This document shows, piece after piece, positions 37,982 through 47,213 of a stretch of DNA of 64,000 bases. The notes under the pieces were generated by a model, which did not search any database, was not told where the DNA came from, and saw nothing but the letters and a program-made list of their open reading frames with translations. The translations under genes and the position numbers were made by a program. Source of the stretch: Acidimicrobiia bacterium (GTDB lineage Bacteria; Actinomycetota; Acidimicrobiia; Spongiisociales; ZC4RG35); NCBI GenBank assembly GCA_035550735.1, contig DASZOM010000041.1, forward strand, positions 4,216-68,215, written 5' to 3'. Positions within the stretch are counted from its first letter, which is position 1; the number at the start of each line of letters is the position of its first letter.

Positions 37982-38502
37982 GCCGACACCCAACGACTTC
38001 GTCGCGGCAGATGCCCGGAGAGAATGCGACGCAGCGCTCCGGGTCGGAGCCGGGGCAACACCGGGCCAGGGCCCGGTGGCGTCGCTCCTGTCCCCACGGG
38101 CTGCCATACGCCGCTGGCCCCGACCGGGATCGGAGCCAGCCGGCCCGGGAACAATGGGATCACCGGCACCACCGGGAACTCCCAGCCGTCGTCGTCGACT
38201 CTGAGCACGATCGCCGGCCAGCGTGTCGACAGCCGCCCGACGAGCTCGACCGCCTCCCCCCGCTCGACGCCGCCGCCGGCGAGGAGGGCGACACCGGATC
38301 GTCCCGGGCTCAGCTCGGCCAAGGTCGGCCCGTCGGTCTGGAATCCACGCATGCTCCGGCTGGTCGGACTCGCCCCCTGAGCGCAGAGATCGATGACGAG
38401 CCCGGTTCCGGCCGCGGCTGCAAGACCGATGGGCGCCACCACCGACAGGATGAGATCGGGCGAGCGCACGCCCAGCACCAGGTGTCTCCCCTTCCCTGTC
38501 AT
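37948..38502 (-). CDS. hypothetical tad-locus protein (possible degenerate CpaE/Ssd-like)
   Basis: Occupies the position of the CpaE-like gene upstream of tadA, but no intact P-loop. Its start codon overlaps the divergent HAD gene start (CATG). Confidence 0.3.
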   Translation of the reverse strand: MTGKGRHLVLGVRSPDLILSVVAPIGLAAAAGTGLVIDLCAQGASPTSRSMRGFQTDGPTLAELSPGRSGVALLAGGGVERGEAVELVGRLSTRWPAIVLRVDDDGWEFPVVPVIPLFPGRLAPIPVGASGVWQPVGTGATPPGPGPVLPRLRPGALRRILSGHLPRRSRWVSAWGPVWEMPWA

Positions 38503-39349
38503 GTCGTCGAACGTAAGGGGCGGGTCGGCCGCAGACAAGACCCTCGTAGGGACCGCGGTTAACTTGATCGGGGTGACTGCGGCGGCCTTCTTCGACCTCG
38601 ACAAGACGATCATCGCCAAGTCTTCGACCCTCGCCTTCACCCGGCCCATGTTCCGGGCCGGCTTGCTCAGCGGGGCGACGCTGGCCAAGGCGGGGATCGC
38701 TCAGGCCTACTACCAGGCCTTCGGCGCCGACCACGACCAGTTGGAGCGGGTCAAGGAGGAGTTGGCGACGCTGACCAAAGGATGGTCGAAAGAGGAGATC
38801 GAGGCGGTGGTGACCGAGACCGTGGACGAGGTCGTCACCCCCCTGGTCTACGCCGAGGCCTTGGCGATCATGGCCGAGCACCGAGGGGAGGGACGCCGTG
38901 TCGTGGTCATTTCGGCCAGCCCCGAGGAGATCGTGCGCCCCCTGTGCCGTCATCTCGGCATCGACGACGTGATCGCCACCCGGGCCGCGGTCGACGAGGA
39001 GGGCCGCTACACGGGGGAGCTCGAGCTGTATGCCTATGGCCCGGGCAAGGCAGGGGCCATCCGGGAGTTGGCAGAGGCCGAGGGCATCGATCTGGAGGCG
39101 AGCTACGCCTACAGCGACTCGATCACCGATCTGCCCATGCTCGACATCGTGGGCCACCCAGTCGTGGTCAATCCCGACTCGCAACTCGCCGCCGTCGCCG
39201 CCGAGAGGGGCTGGGAGGTGCGCCGGTTCGAGAGAGCGATCACGATGCGGGATCGGTTGCCCGCCATCGCCGCCTCCGGTGCGGTGGCTACCGGCATCGC
39301 CGCCATCCTCGCCTACTGGGCGCTCAAGGGACGGAAGTCATCGGGCTGA
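38501..39349 (+). CDS. HAD-IB family hydrolase (SerB-like phosphatase)
   Basis: Motif I FFDLDKTI and the HAD C-terminal motifs (SDSITDLPML). Confidence 0.75.
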   Translation: MSSNVRGGSAADKTLVGTAVNLIGVTAAAFFDLDKTIIAKSSTLAFTRPMFRAGLLSGATLAKAGIAQAYYQAFGADHDQLERVKEELATLTKGWSKEEIEAVVTETVDEVVTPLVYAEALAIMAEHRGEGRRVVVISASPEEIVRPLCRHLGIDDVIATRAAVDEEGRYTGELELYAYGPGKAGAIRELAEAEGIDLEASYAYSDSITDLPMLDIVGHPVVVNPDSQLAAVAAERGWEVRRFERAITMRDRLPAIAASGAVATGIAAILAYWALKGRKSSG

Positions 39350-39623
39350 CCTCCCAGGCGAAGCCGGCCGCTCGCACCGCCTCCAGAAGATCCACCGTGC
39401 TCAGCGTCTCCCCGTCGAGACGGTCGAGGACCTGCCGATGGAGGACCATCCCCTCCACCATCCAGGCCTCCCGGCGGTCGACCGAGGCGACCACCCGATC
39501 GCCCACCACCCGTTTGACCGCATCGGTCACTTCGGATACGAGAAGAATCGCCGGACCGGCGCCCGGCAGAGGGATTTCGAGGACCGTCCCGTGATTGTCG
39601 AAGGCGACACGGTCCCCGGTCAT
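39324..39623 (-). CDS. hypothetical protein (weak CarD/TRCF-RID-like N-terminal pattern GDRVAFDNHGTVLEI)
   Basis: High GC3. Overlaps the HAD gene 3' end convergently; no confident family. Confidence 0.3.
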   Translation of the reverse strand: MTGDRVAFDNHGTVLEIPLPGAGPAILLVSEVTDAVKRVVGDRVVASVDRREAWMVEGMVLHRQVLDRLDGETLSTVDLLEAVRAAGFAWEVSPMTSVP

Positions 39624-39676
39624 GGCCGCGGCCACGGTGCGAAGCGAGATCACCGGCCCAAAGTACTCTCGCCTCG

Positions 39677-40327
39677 ATGTCGTCACGGGCGATGATCGTC
39701 GTGGCAGGTGGCTCCAGCACCCGGTTCGGCGGCGACAAGCTGATGGCCGAAGTGGCGGGAAAGCCGCTGATCACCCACACAATCGAGACTGTCGCCGAGA
39801 CAGTGGACGTGTGCGTCGTCGCCTGCCGGCATGAGCTGGTGGACGAGATGGCCCGGCTCCACCCCGGAGTGGTCGTCACTCCCGGCGGCGACACGAGGAC
39901 AGCGAGCGAGCTAGCCGGGCTGAGGGCGCTGGAGACCGAGTCCGACCTGATCGGGATCCATGACGCCGCCCGGCCGGCGGTATCGCTCGAACTGGTGCAC
40001 CGGCTGTTCGAGATGGCCGAGGCTCACGGCGGCGCCGTCCCCGTGCTGGCCCCGGACGGTCCGCTCCTCGACAGGCGTTCCGGTCGGCCATTGGAAGAGC
40101 TGCGGTTCGCCCAGACTCCCCAGGTGTTCCGGGGACCGGATTTGCGAGATGCCTATGCCCGGGCGATCGATGCTCGGTTCGTCGGCCACGACACCGTGGA
40201 GGTGATGCATCGGTTCGGCCACCTGGAGATCGTCGCCGTGCCCGGGGACGCCGGGAACGTCAAAGTGACCTACCCCGCCGACCTGGAACGGGTCAGGAGG
40301 GCGCTCTCAGATCCTTCTGGTATCTGA
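39677..40327 (+). CDS. ispD: 2-C-methyl-D-erythritol 4-phosphate cytidylyltransferase
   Basis: VVAGGSSTRFG and IHDAARP motifs. Confidence 0.85.
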   Translation: MSSRAMIVVAGGSSTRFGGDKLMAEVAGKPLITHTIETVAETVDVCVVACRHELVDEMARLHPGVVVTPGGDTRTASELAGLRALETESDLIGIHDAARPAVSLELVHRLFEMAEAHGGAVPVLAPDGPLLDRRSGRPLEELRFAQTPQVFRGPDLRDAYARAIDARFVGHDTVEVMHRFGHLEIVAVPGDAGNVKVTYPADLERVRRALSDPSGI

Positions 40328-40802
40328 CCTCGTTGACCTGGGTGCCCCCGATGTCCTCGATCTTGATCGGGCCTCCCTGAGACCATCCCTGGCGTTCGTA
40401 GAAGTCACGGGCGCGGCGGTTCTCCTCGAGGACCCAGAGCAATGCCCGATCGAATCCGGAGGCGACCAGGCTCGACTCGCCGGCGACCATCAACTCCCGG
40501 CCCAACCCCGTGCCCCAGTGGTCGGGGTGGACGTAGATGGCGAAGATCTCGCCCCAACCGGCGTCGGAGGAAGCCCCGGCGTTGCAGAACCCGACGATCA
40601 TCCCCTCCCTCTCGGAGACGCTGACCCGAGCCCCTCTGCCCAGATATCCCGCCCACCAGGCCTCTCTCGACCCGAAGTCCATCGAGTCGAGGAAGTCATC
40701 ACCGAGGATTCCCCGGTAGGCGCGCTGCCAGGCGACGACATGCACTTCGGCGAGCCCGGCCGCGTCGGCGGGTGTGGCCCAGCGAATCGAGTCAGGGGGC
40801 AT
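40293..40802 (-). CDS. GNAT family N-acetyltransferase
   Basis: Acetyl-CoA binding motif (IVGFCNAG...RGTGLGRELM). Overlaps the ispD 3' end convergently by 35 nt. Confidence 0.8.
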   Translation of the reverse strand: MPPDSIRWATPADAAGLAEVHVVAWQRAYRGILGDDFLDSMDFGSREAWWAGYLGRGARVSVSEREGMIVGFCNAGASSDAGWGEIFAIYVHPDHWGTGLGRELMVAGESSLVASGFDRALLWVLEENRRARDFYERQGWSQGGPIKIEDIGGTQVNEVRYQKDLRAPS

Positions 40803-41340
40803 CGTCTTCGGCCACGGCGACCTCCTCGGCCTCGACGACCTCCGTATCCTCCTCGGGCTCGGTCTCGTCGTCCCTCTCCTCGCGGCCGCCCAGCACCCAG
40901 AAGGCGAGAACCGACAGGGAGGCGGCGCCGAGCGCGATCGCCAGCCAGAGGAACCGGCTCGACTCCGTGCTCAGCCCCTCCTCCTCGTCGTCCGTTGTCG
41001 CGCTCGGCTCGGGGCCGAGGTCGGCACCCATGTCCGACAGGGTTACCGGGTCGGAGACCGACGCATCCTCTCCCAACGACTCGAAGACGACGACGTAGTT
41101 CTTCGGCTCCAGCTCGGTGGTGATCCCGAACACCCCTTCGCCCCGGTCCAGCAGGGCAAGCACCTGGTCCGGCTCGTTGTCGAACGTGAGATGCGCCACG
41201 ACCGAATCGGCGCTCCCGATCACCTCCACCTCGATCTCGATCACCATGACGTCGCCGTCGTTGGACTGCACGGTTGCCGTAGCGGCGCCGAACGCCCCGC
41301 CAATCACCACTGACCCGATCAGTGCGATCGATGCGATCAT
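40792..41340 (-). CDS. membrane-anchored hypothetical protein (signal/TM, beta-rich domain, C-terminal TM, acidic tail)
   Basis: Start MIASIALIGSVVIGG at 41340 with GAGGGGAG RBS; ATGA overlap with the upstream GDPD stop. Confidence 0.5.
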   Translation of the reverse strand: MIASIALIGSVVIGGAFGAATATVQSNDGDVMVIEIEVEVIGSADSVVAHLTFDNEPDQVLALLDRGEGVFGITTELEPKNYVVVFESLGEDASVSDPVTLSDMGADLGPEPSATTDDEEEGLSTESSRFLWLAIALGAASLSVLAFWVLGGREERDDETEPEEDTEVVEAEEVAVAEDDAP

Positions 41341-42140
41341 TGCTTCCACTCCCCTCTCTCGATGAGCACCTCTTTGAGCAGATCGGGCCGGTCGGTGATC
41401 ACACCGTCGACACCGAAGTCGAGAAGACGTCGCATCTCTTCCGGCTGGTTCACGGTCCAGGCATGAACCTGCAGACCTGCGGCGTGCGCCGCCGCCACCA
41501 GCTTCTCGTCGATGACCCGCACCCCGCGCATGCGCACCGGGAGCTGAAGGGCCGCGGCCTCGCCCTGGACACCCCGTCCCACCCGGGAGGCGAGAACCCA
41601 GAGCCGGGACGAGGTCGACCCGGTCGAGGTGGCGACGCGGCGGTCGCTCAGGTGGCGGAACTCGTCGAGCCTGGCGTCGGAGAAGGAGCCGACGATCACC
41701 CTGTCGTGGGCGCCGAGATCGTCGATGATCGCCACCAGCGGGCCGACCACGGCATCGCACTTGAGATCGGCCACCACCGAGACGTCCGGATAGGTGGCGA
41801 GCAGCCAGTCCAACGTGGGGATTCGAGAGCCCCCACTCCTGTAGGGGAAGCCCTCCGGGGTGACGTGGCGAAACCCGGGATCGAGCTCCTGGAGCTGGGT
41901 CAATGTCAGCTCCTCGACCAGACCCGATCCGTTGGTGGTCCTGTCGACGGTCGGGTCGTGGAGGCAGACGACGGCGCCGTCGGCGGTGAGGTGGAGGTCA
42001 GTCTCGAAATGGCGATATCCCAGGTCGTAGACGCCCTGGAAGGAGGTGTCGGTGTTCTCGGGCCAAAGCACCCGACTTCCCCGGTGGGCAATGGCCACCG
42101 GAGGACGCCATCTCTCCGGGTCGAGGATCATCCGTTCCAA
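41337..42140 (-). CDS. glycerophosphodiester phosphodiesterase
   Basis: GDPD motifs (IAHRGS...ENT; E/D..H.). Confidence 0.8.
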   Translation of the reverse strand: MERMILDPERWRPPVAIAHRGSRVLWPENTDTSFQGVYDLGYRHFETDLHLTADGAVVCLHDPTVDRTTNGSGLVEELTLTQLQELDPGFRHVTPEGFPYRSGGSRIPTLDWLLATYPDVSVVADLKCDAVVGPLVAIIDDLGAHDRVIVGSFSDARLDEFRHLSDRRVATSTGSTSSRLWVLASRVGRGVQGEAAALQLPVRMRGVRVIDEKLVAAAHAAGLQVHAWTVNQPEEMRRLLDFGVDGVITDRPDLLKEVLIERGEWKQ

Positions 42141-42169
42141 AGTTAGGCCTCGGGCGGACCCAATCGGGC

Positions 42170-42203
42170 AAAACGAAACGGCGGGTCGTCACGACCCGCC
42201 GTC
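42170..42203 (-). terminator. rho-independent terminator downstream of HU gene
   Basis: Stem acggcgggtcg / cgacccgccgt (11 bp, loop tca), followed on the minus strand by TTTCGTTTTG. Confidence 0.7.
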
Positions 42204-42224
42204 CGATTCGTTCTCTGTCGGGGG

Positions 42225-42519
42225 TTACTCAGCCACCCGGTCCTTCAGGCCCTTCGAGGCGCTGAAATGGGCATATTTCCTGGCCGGGATGGTGATTGTG
42301 GCCCCGGTGGCGGGGTTCCGCCCCTGACGGGCCGACCTGCTCTTCACCGAGAAGTTGCCGAAGCCGGTGATGTTGACCTTCCCGCCTGCGTCCAGTTCGA
42401 CCGCGATGATCCCCTCACCGGACTTGGTGGAGAAGATGTGGTCGATGATTTCCGCGGCCTGGGCCTTCGAGATGTCCGCCTTCCTGGCGAGCTTGTCCGC
42501 CATCTCGGATTTGTTCACG
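42225..42519 (-). CDS. hup: DNA-binding protein HU
   Basis: VNKSEMADKLARKADISKAQAAEIIDHIF...GFGNF...RNPATG. GTG start with AAGGAGG 4 nt upstream. Confidence 0.85.
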
Positions 42520-42640
42520 ACGCCTCCTTGTGGGTCGATGGTTCGCGGCTTGTGCTGCGACAATGCGCAAACGTTAGGTGATTACCCAATCGCTATCGGT
42601 GTTTTCCGGCGGTAACGATTCGCGAGGTCGAGGAGGAGTC

Positions 42641-43432
42641 ATGAGCGTCCGCTACGAGGTCGACGAGGACGTCGCCGTCATCACCCTCGACCGTCCCGAT
42701 CGATTCAACGCGATCGACGCCGAGCTGTCCCGGTCGCTGGTGGACGCCCTCGACCGCGCCGGCACCGAGAGCCGGGCCGCCGTGCTCACCGGAGCGGGCA
42801 AAGCCTTCTGCTCCGGGGCCGACCTCACCGGGTTCGCCGACGAGTACGAGGGCGGCGACGGGCCCGACCTTGCGCGTCATCTCGACGAGGAGTTCCACCC
42901 CGTGGTGCATGCCGTCGCCGACTGTGCCGTCCCTGTGGTTGCCGCGGTGAACGGTGTCGCCGCCGGGGCCGGCATGGGGCTGGCCCTCGGTTGCGACATC
43001 CGGGTGATGGCGGAGTCGGCCTATCTCACCTCGGCCTTCACCGCGATCGGCCTGGTCCCGGACTCGGGGTCGACCTGGCTGCTCCCCCACCACCTGGGCA
43101 TCTCCACCGCACTGGAGATGGCCCTGACCAACCGTCGAATGGCCGCCGAGGAGGCGTTGCGACGCGGTCTCTGCGTTGCCGTGGTGCCTGAGGACGAGCT
43201 CGCGGCCAGGGCCGTCGAGATCGCCGCCACCCTCGCCGATCTTCCCATCGACGCCCTGGTGACCACCCGCCGTCTCATCCGCGACTCACAGACCCTGGGC
43301 TTCACCGATGGCCTGGAGGCCGAGAAGCGAGAGCAGGGCCGGCTCGGCAGGACCCCCGAGCACAGGGAAGGGGTCAACGCTTTCCTGGAGAAGCGCAAGC
43401 CCGACTACCGCCGAGCCCGCTTCCCAACTTGA
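42641..43432 (+). CDS. enoyl-CoA hydratase/isomerase family protein
   Basis: Crotonase fold (VAVITLDRPDRFNAI ... AAVNGVAAGAGMGLAL). AGGAGG RBS. Confidence 0.85.
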   Translation: MSVRYEVDEDVAVITLDRPDRFNAIDAELSRSLVDALDRAGTESRAAVLTGAGKAFCSGADLTGFADEYEGGDGPDLARHLDEEFHPVVHAVADCAVPVVAAVNGVAAGAGMGLALGCDIRVMAESAYLTSAFTAIGLVPDSGSTWLLPHHLGISTALEMALTNRRMAAEEALRRGLCVAVVPEDELAARAVEIAATLADLPIDALVTTRRLIRDSQTLGFTDGLEAEKREQGRLGRTPEHREGVNAFLEKRKPDYRRARFPT

Positions 43433-43440
43433 GGGCTCCC

Positions 43441-43830
43441 TCAGGCTTCGGGGCCCTCGACGTTGACGACCACGTCCCCCTCACCCACCCTGAAGAGGAT
43501 CAGCGTGCCCGGCTGTGACGACGAGTTGACCTCACGGTGGATCAGCCCCGGGGGCACGTGTACGAAGTCCCCGGGCCTCGCCTCGACCGATTGGTCACCG
43601 CCGGGGCCGAACTCCATCCGGATGCTCCCCGACTCGACGAAGAAGTAGGTCTCGTGGGTGCCGTGATGGTGCCATCCCGACGGCTTGGCCGGCTCTGTCC
43701 GCACGTATCCGACCCAGAGCCCCGGCACGTCGGCGACGGTCTCCCTCACCATCCCGCTCGTCGCGTCCACGGCCGACACCACCCGCTGCGAAGGTGTGAT
43801 CACGATGACCTCGGACATCTCGGCTCCCAT
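43441..43830 (-). CDS. cupin domain protein
   Basis: Cupin motifs G(X)5HHH...E and PPGLIHRE. Confidence 0.65.
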   Translation of the reverse strand: MGAEMSEVIVITPSQRVVSAVDATSGMVRETVADVPGLWVGYVRTEPAKPSGWHHHGTHETYFFVESGSIRMEFGPGGDQSVEARPGDFVHVPPGLIHREVNSSSQPGTLILFRVGEGDVVVNVEGPEA

Positions 43831-43895
43831 GCTGGTGCGCTCCGGCTGAAGCGCCCCGACTGCCGACGTTGGCTCCCCCACTCTAGGGAACGCCG

Positions 43896-44303
43896 TCAGG
43901 GTCGGATCAGGTAGATCTCCAGGGCGACCTTCCCGCCGGCGCCATGACCGAAGGCCACTGCCACCTCGTCGTTGAGCCAGGCCAGGTCTTCGTTGCCGGT
44001 CTCGAAGACGATCAGCTCCTTGGGATCCGCGGAACGATCCTCGTTGGCGATGGAGATGCCGGCGCCCCGATAGGACACTGCCTCTCGCTTCTCCCCGATG
44101 GTGGCGTGGATGTCGAGGACCATGTTCCCGTCCTCACGCACCGTGACGTAGTCGACGCCCCTGACCGGTCGCTCGCCGGCCCAGTGATCGCTGGTGGCGA
44201 CACCCTCGAACGGGAAGTCGATCCGCATCCCGGCCGGTGACTTCCCGATGACATTCATCCCGAGGTCGGCCTCGACGGTGCAGAACTTCTCCAGTGACGG
44301 CAT
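43896..44303 (-). CDS. DUF3237 family protein
   Basis: Start MPSLEKF. GxRxD..EGV...W pattern of DUF3237 beta-barrel proteins. Confidence 0.55.
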   Translation of the reverse strand: MPSLEKFCTVEADLGMNVIGKSPAGMRIDFPFEGVATSDHWAGERPVRGVDYVTVREDGNMVLDIHATIGEKREAVSYRGAGISIANEDRSADPKELIVFETGNEDLAWLNDEVAVAFGHGAGGKVALEIYLIRP

Positions 44304-44329
44304 GCCTACTCCTGTGGGGTCTGGTCGCG

Positions 44330-44968
44330 TCAAGCTAGCCGTGACCGGGCGAGGAGATCCCTGACCTCGTCGTCGTCTGTCTGACCGAAGTCGCGATACC
44401 ACGAGCCGACCGCCCCGAACCGGGCCGGCCGATGCATAGTGACCACCCGGTCGGCGCGTCGCTCGAGACCGCCGAGCGGCCCCTGAGGAGCCACCGGCAC
44501 CGCCACCCAGATGTCGCCGGCGCCCTTTCGCTCCAAGACCGAGACCGCGGCCAACGCCGTCGAGCCCGTGGCGAGGCCGTCATCGACGATCACAGCCGTC
44601 TTCCCCTCGGCGGGGACGGCGGGGGCGGCCGAGCGATACGAGGCGACTCTGCGGTCGAGCTCCCGTCGCTCCCTCTCCACGACAGCGGCGAAGTCCTCCT
44701 CGTCGATACCGGCTTCGGTCAGGACCTCGGAGTTGCGGACGAGCGTGCCACCCTCGCCGAGGGCGCCCATCGCCAGCTCGGGCTGGTAGGGCACCCCGAT
44801 CTTCCGCACCACGAGCACGTCCAACGGGCATTCCAGGACCCTGGACACCTCGAAGCCGACGGGTACGCCGCCCCGGGGCAGGGCATAGACCACTGGGTCA
44901 TGTGGGTCGAGCTCACGCACCACCTCACCGAGCATCCTCCCGGCGGCTCGGCGATCGTCGAATCTCAT
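44330..44968 (-). CDS. phosphoribosyltransferase-domain protein
   Basis: PRPP-binding VIVDDGLATGST. ATGA overlap with the upstream kinase gene. Confidence 0.7.
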   Translation of the reverse strand: MRFDDRRAAGRMLGEVVRELDPHDPVVYALPRGGVPVGFEVSRVLECPLDVLVVRKIGVPYQPELAMGALGEGGTLVRNSEVLTEAGIDEEDFAAVVERERRELDRRVASYRSAAPAVPAEGKTAVIVDDGLATGSTALAAVSVLERKGAGDIWVAVPVAPQGPLGGLERRADRVVTMHRPARFGAVGSWYRDFGQTDDDEVRDLLARSRLA

Positions 44969-45951
44969 GCGTAGCGGCTGACGTACCGCTCCAACCAGGG
45001 CATCACCTGGTCTATGTAGTCGGCCGCCTCTCCCATGCGGAGGGTGCGCCCTGCGTAGTTCATCAGCATGATCTGACGGGCGGCATGGAACCCGTCGAGC
45101 TGGCGATCGTCCTGGAGTGGCCAGGCTGCGATCGCCTCGTAGCCGCGACGGAAGGCGCTGCGAATCTCATTTCGGATCTCACTGTTGCGCGACGAGTACA
45201 AGCAGATGGAGATGTCCTGGGAGGGGAGGGCGTACATCACGTCTTCGAAGTCGAACGCATAGAGACGGCTGCCCGCCATGTGCACGTTCCACTCGTGGAG
45301 GTCGCCGTGGACCAAATGCGGGGCGTCGGCGTCGTAGGACTCGGCGATGACCGTCTCGGCCAGCGCCGTCGCCTTCCGTATCGTCGTCACCCGCGCCGTG
45401 TCGAAGAGGTGGCTGTAGAGAGGGTTCTCGATGATCACCGGGCCCAGGTCCTCCTGGTAGTAGAAGACCCGGTCCCACGTCCGCAACTCGGCGGCGGGTG
45501 GCGGCGTCCAATCCCGACCATGCACCTGCAGCGATGCACACATCTGGCCGAGCAGCCGGTAGGCGAACGGACCCGAGCCGGAGCCCATGGGCTGACCGGG
45601 GATCCACGAGAAGAGGACGCAGGAGCGCTCCTTGTCGATCTGCGAGTCGTACTCGTCGACGATCAGCGCGCCACCGGCCGTGCGGATGGGGCGGGCCACG
45701 TCGAGATCGGTGTCCCGGGCGAGGGCGTCGAGCCAGGAGACCTCTACCTCGATGTTCGAGCGGGAGTTGGCGTGGGGCGTGCCCACTCGCAGCACCATTT
45801 GGTGCCCGTTCTCCGCCACCACCCGGAACATGACGTTGGAGTGGGTGGCGAGATGGCGAACCTCTCTGGCGAGGAACGGATAACGGCGCAGCACCCGCTC
45901 CGCAAGGGGGAGCAGTCGCGTTGCCTCGGCTTGTATGCGCGATGGGTCCAT
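44965..45951 (-). CDS. aminoglycoside/homoserine-kinase-II type phosphotransferase (APH fold)
   Basis: Brenner motif VHGDLHEWN and DFED; start MDPSRIQ. Confidence 0.7.
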   Translation of the reverse strand: MDPSRIQAEATRLLPLAERVLRRYPFLAREVRHLATHSNVMFRVVAENGHQMVLRVGTPHANSRSNIEVEVSWLDALARDTDLDVARPIRTAGGALIVDEYDSQIDKERSCVLFSWIPGQPMGSGSGPFAYRLLGQMCASLQVHGRDWTPPPAAELRTWDRVFYYQEDLGPVIIENPLYSHLFDTARVTTIRKATALAETVIAESYDADAPHLVHGDLHEWNVHMAGSRLYAFDFEDVMYALPSQDISICLYSSRNSEIRNEIRSAFRRGYEAIAAWPLQDDRQLDGFHAARQIMLMNYAGRTLRMGEAADYIDQVMPWLERYVSRYA

Positions 45952-46060
45952 GTCAGGTGGGGGCCCCCTCAGCCCACATCGTGATTCTCGTCGGATTCGC
46001 CCCGATCTGAAGTGCAAGGGACCAGGGCTTGCGACCCAAATCGGAGGTCGCGGGTCGGGC

Positions 46061-47182
46061 TCAGACCGGGTCGCCGACCCGGAGCAGGGCGTGGTCGAGG
46101 GCCGAGAGGAACCGGCGATTGCCCTCGTCGTCGCCCACCGTCACCCGGACCCAGCCACCGGACATCTTCCGGATCAGGACACCTTCGGCGGTCATGTCGG
46201 CCAGAACCTGCTCGGCCCGGTCCCCGAGGTCGAAGAGCAGGAAGTTGGTGTGACTCTCCGGGTGGCGCAGTCCCCGCTCCGAGAGGGCGCCGGAGAGGTG
46301 GTGCCGGCGAGCCGCGTTGTCGGCCCGGCGGCGCTCCAGCTCCTCGGGCTGTCCCAGCGACGCCTGCGCCGCAACCTGGGCGACCAGGTTGACGGTCAGC
46401 GGCGCCTGGACCTTGCGCAGCTCGGCGAGCACGTCGGGGCGGGCGACGGCATATCCGATCCGGTGCGCCGCCAGCGAGTAGATCTTGGAGAAGGTGCGCA
46501 GAACCACGACGTTGGGACGTTCGATCGCCACAGGGATGGCGGTGCGATAGGAAGGGTCGATCACGAACTCGTGGTACGCCTCATCCACCACCACGAGGAC
46601 GTCCTCGGGGACCGAGTCGATGAAGGCCTCGATCTCCTCGGCCGGCTTGATGGTCCCTGACGGGTTGTTCGGGTTGCAGACCACCACCACCGAGGTCTGG
46701 TCGTCGATCGCCTCGCGCATCGCCATGAGGTCGAGACAGTGGCTCTCGTCGAGGGGCACTTCCCGAAATGTGCTGCCGGCCCAGATGGCGGCGAAGCGAT
46801 ACATGACGAATCCGGGCCACCCGTAAACGATGTTGGACCCGGGACCGCCCAGCGCCGAGGCGATGTCGCCGAGCAGGGCGACGCTTCCGGCGCCGAACAT
46901 CAGGTTGGGGAACTCGACTCCCAATTCGTCGGCCAGGGCATGGCCGAGCCGCCAGCAGTCGTTGTCGGGATACCTATTCGAGCCGGTGAGTGCGGCCGAC
47001 GCCGCCTCCACCACTCCCGGGAATGGCCCCTCGGGGGCCTCGTTCGCGGTGAGCTGGACGATCGCCAGTGGGTCGAGGCCGTGCTCACGGGCCACGTCCT
47101 CGATCTGACGCCCGACCCGGTATGGCTGTAGGGCTGCGATCTCGGAGCGGAATCGGAGCACGGCTTGAACATAGCCTGACAT
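46061..47182 (-). CDS. histidinol-phosphate aminotransferase family (class II PLP aminotransferase)
   Basis: NEAP...RYPD...NPNNPSGT...SKIYSLAAHRIGY pattern. ATG at 47182. Confidence 0.75.
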   Translation of the reverse strand: MSGYVQAVLRFRSEIAALQPYRVGRQIEDVAREHGLDPLAIVQLTANEAPEGPFPGVVEAASAALTGSNRYPDNDCWRLGHALADELGVEFPNLMFGAGSVALLGDIASALGGPGSNIVYGWPGFVMYRFAAIWAGSTFREVPLDESHCLDLMAMREAIDDQTSVVVVCNPNNPSGTIKPAEEIEAFIDSVPEDVLVVVDEAYHEFVIDPSYRTAIPVAIERPNVVVLRTFSKIYSLAAHRIGYAVARPDVLAELRKVQAPLTVNLVAQVAAQASLGQPEELERRRADNAARRHHLSGALSERGLRHPESHTNFLLFDLGDRAEQVLADMTAEGVLIRKMSGGWVRVTVGDDEGNRRFLSALDHALLRVGDPV

Positions 47183-47213
47183 CCTGATCGGCGAGTTGTG
47201 CCAGACTCGGCCG

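Noticed and set aside
36659-38380. 573-aa plus-strand ORF
   Set aside because: Antisense to tadA/tadB; Arg/Pro/Gly-rich, no motifs.
37948-38688. Upstream 62 codons of the 246-aa ORF
   Set aside because: Overlap the well-supported divergent HAD hydrolase gene in antisense; the start was trimmed to 38502.
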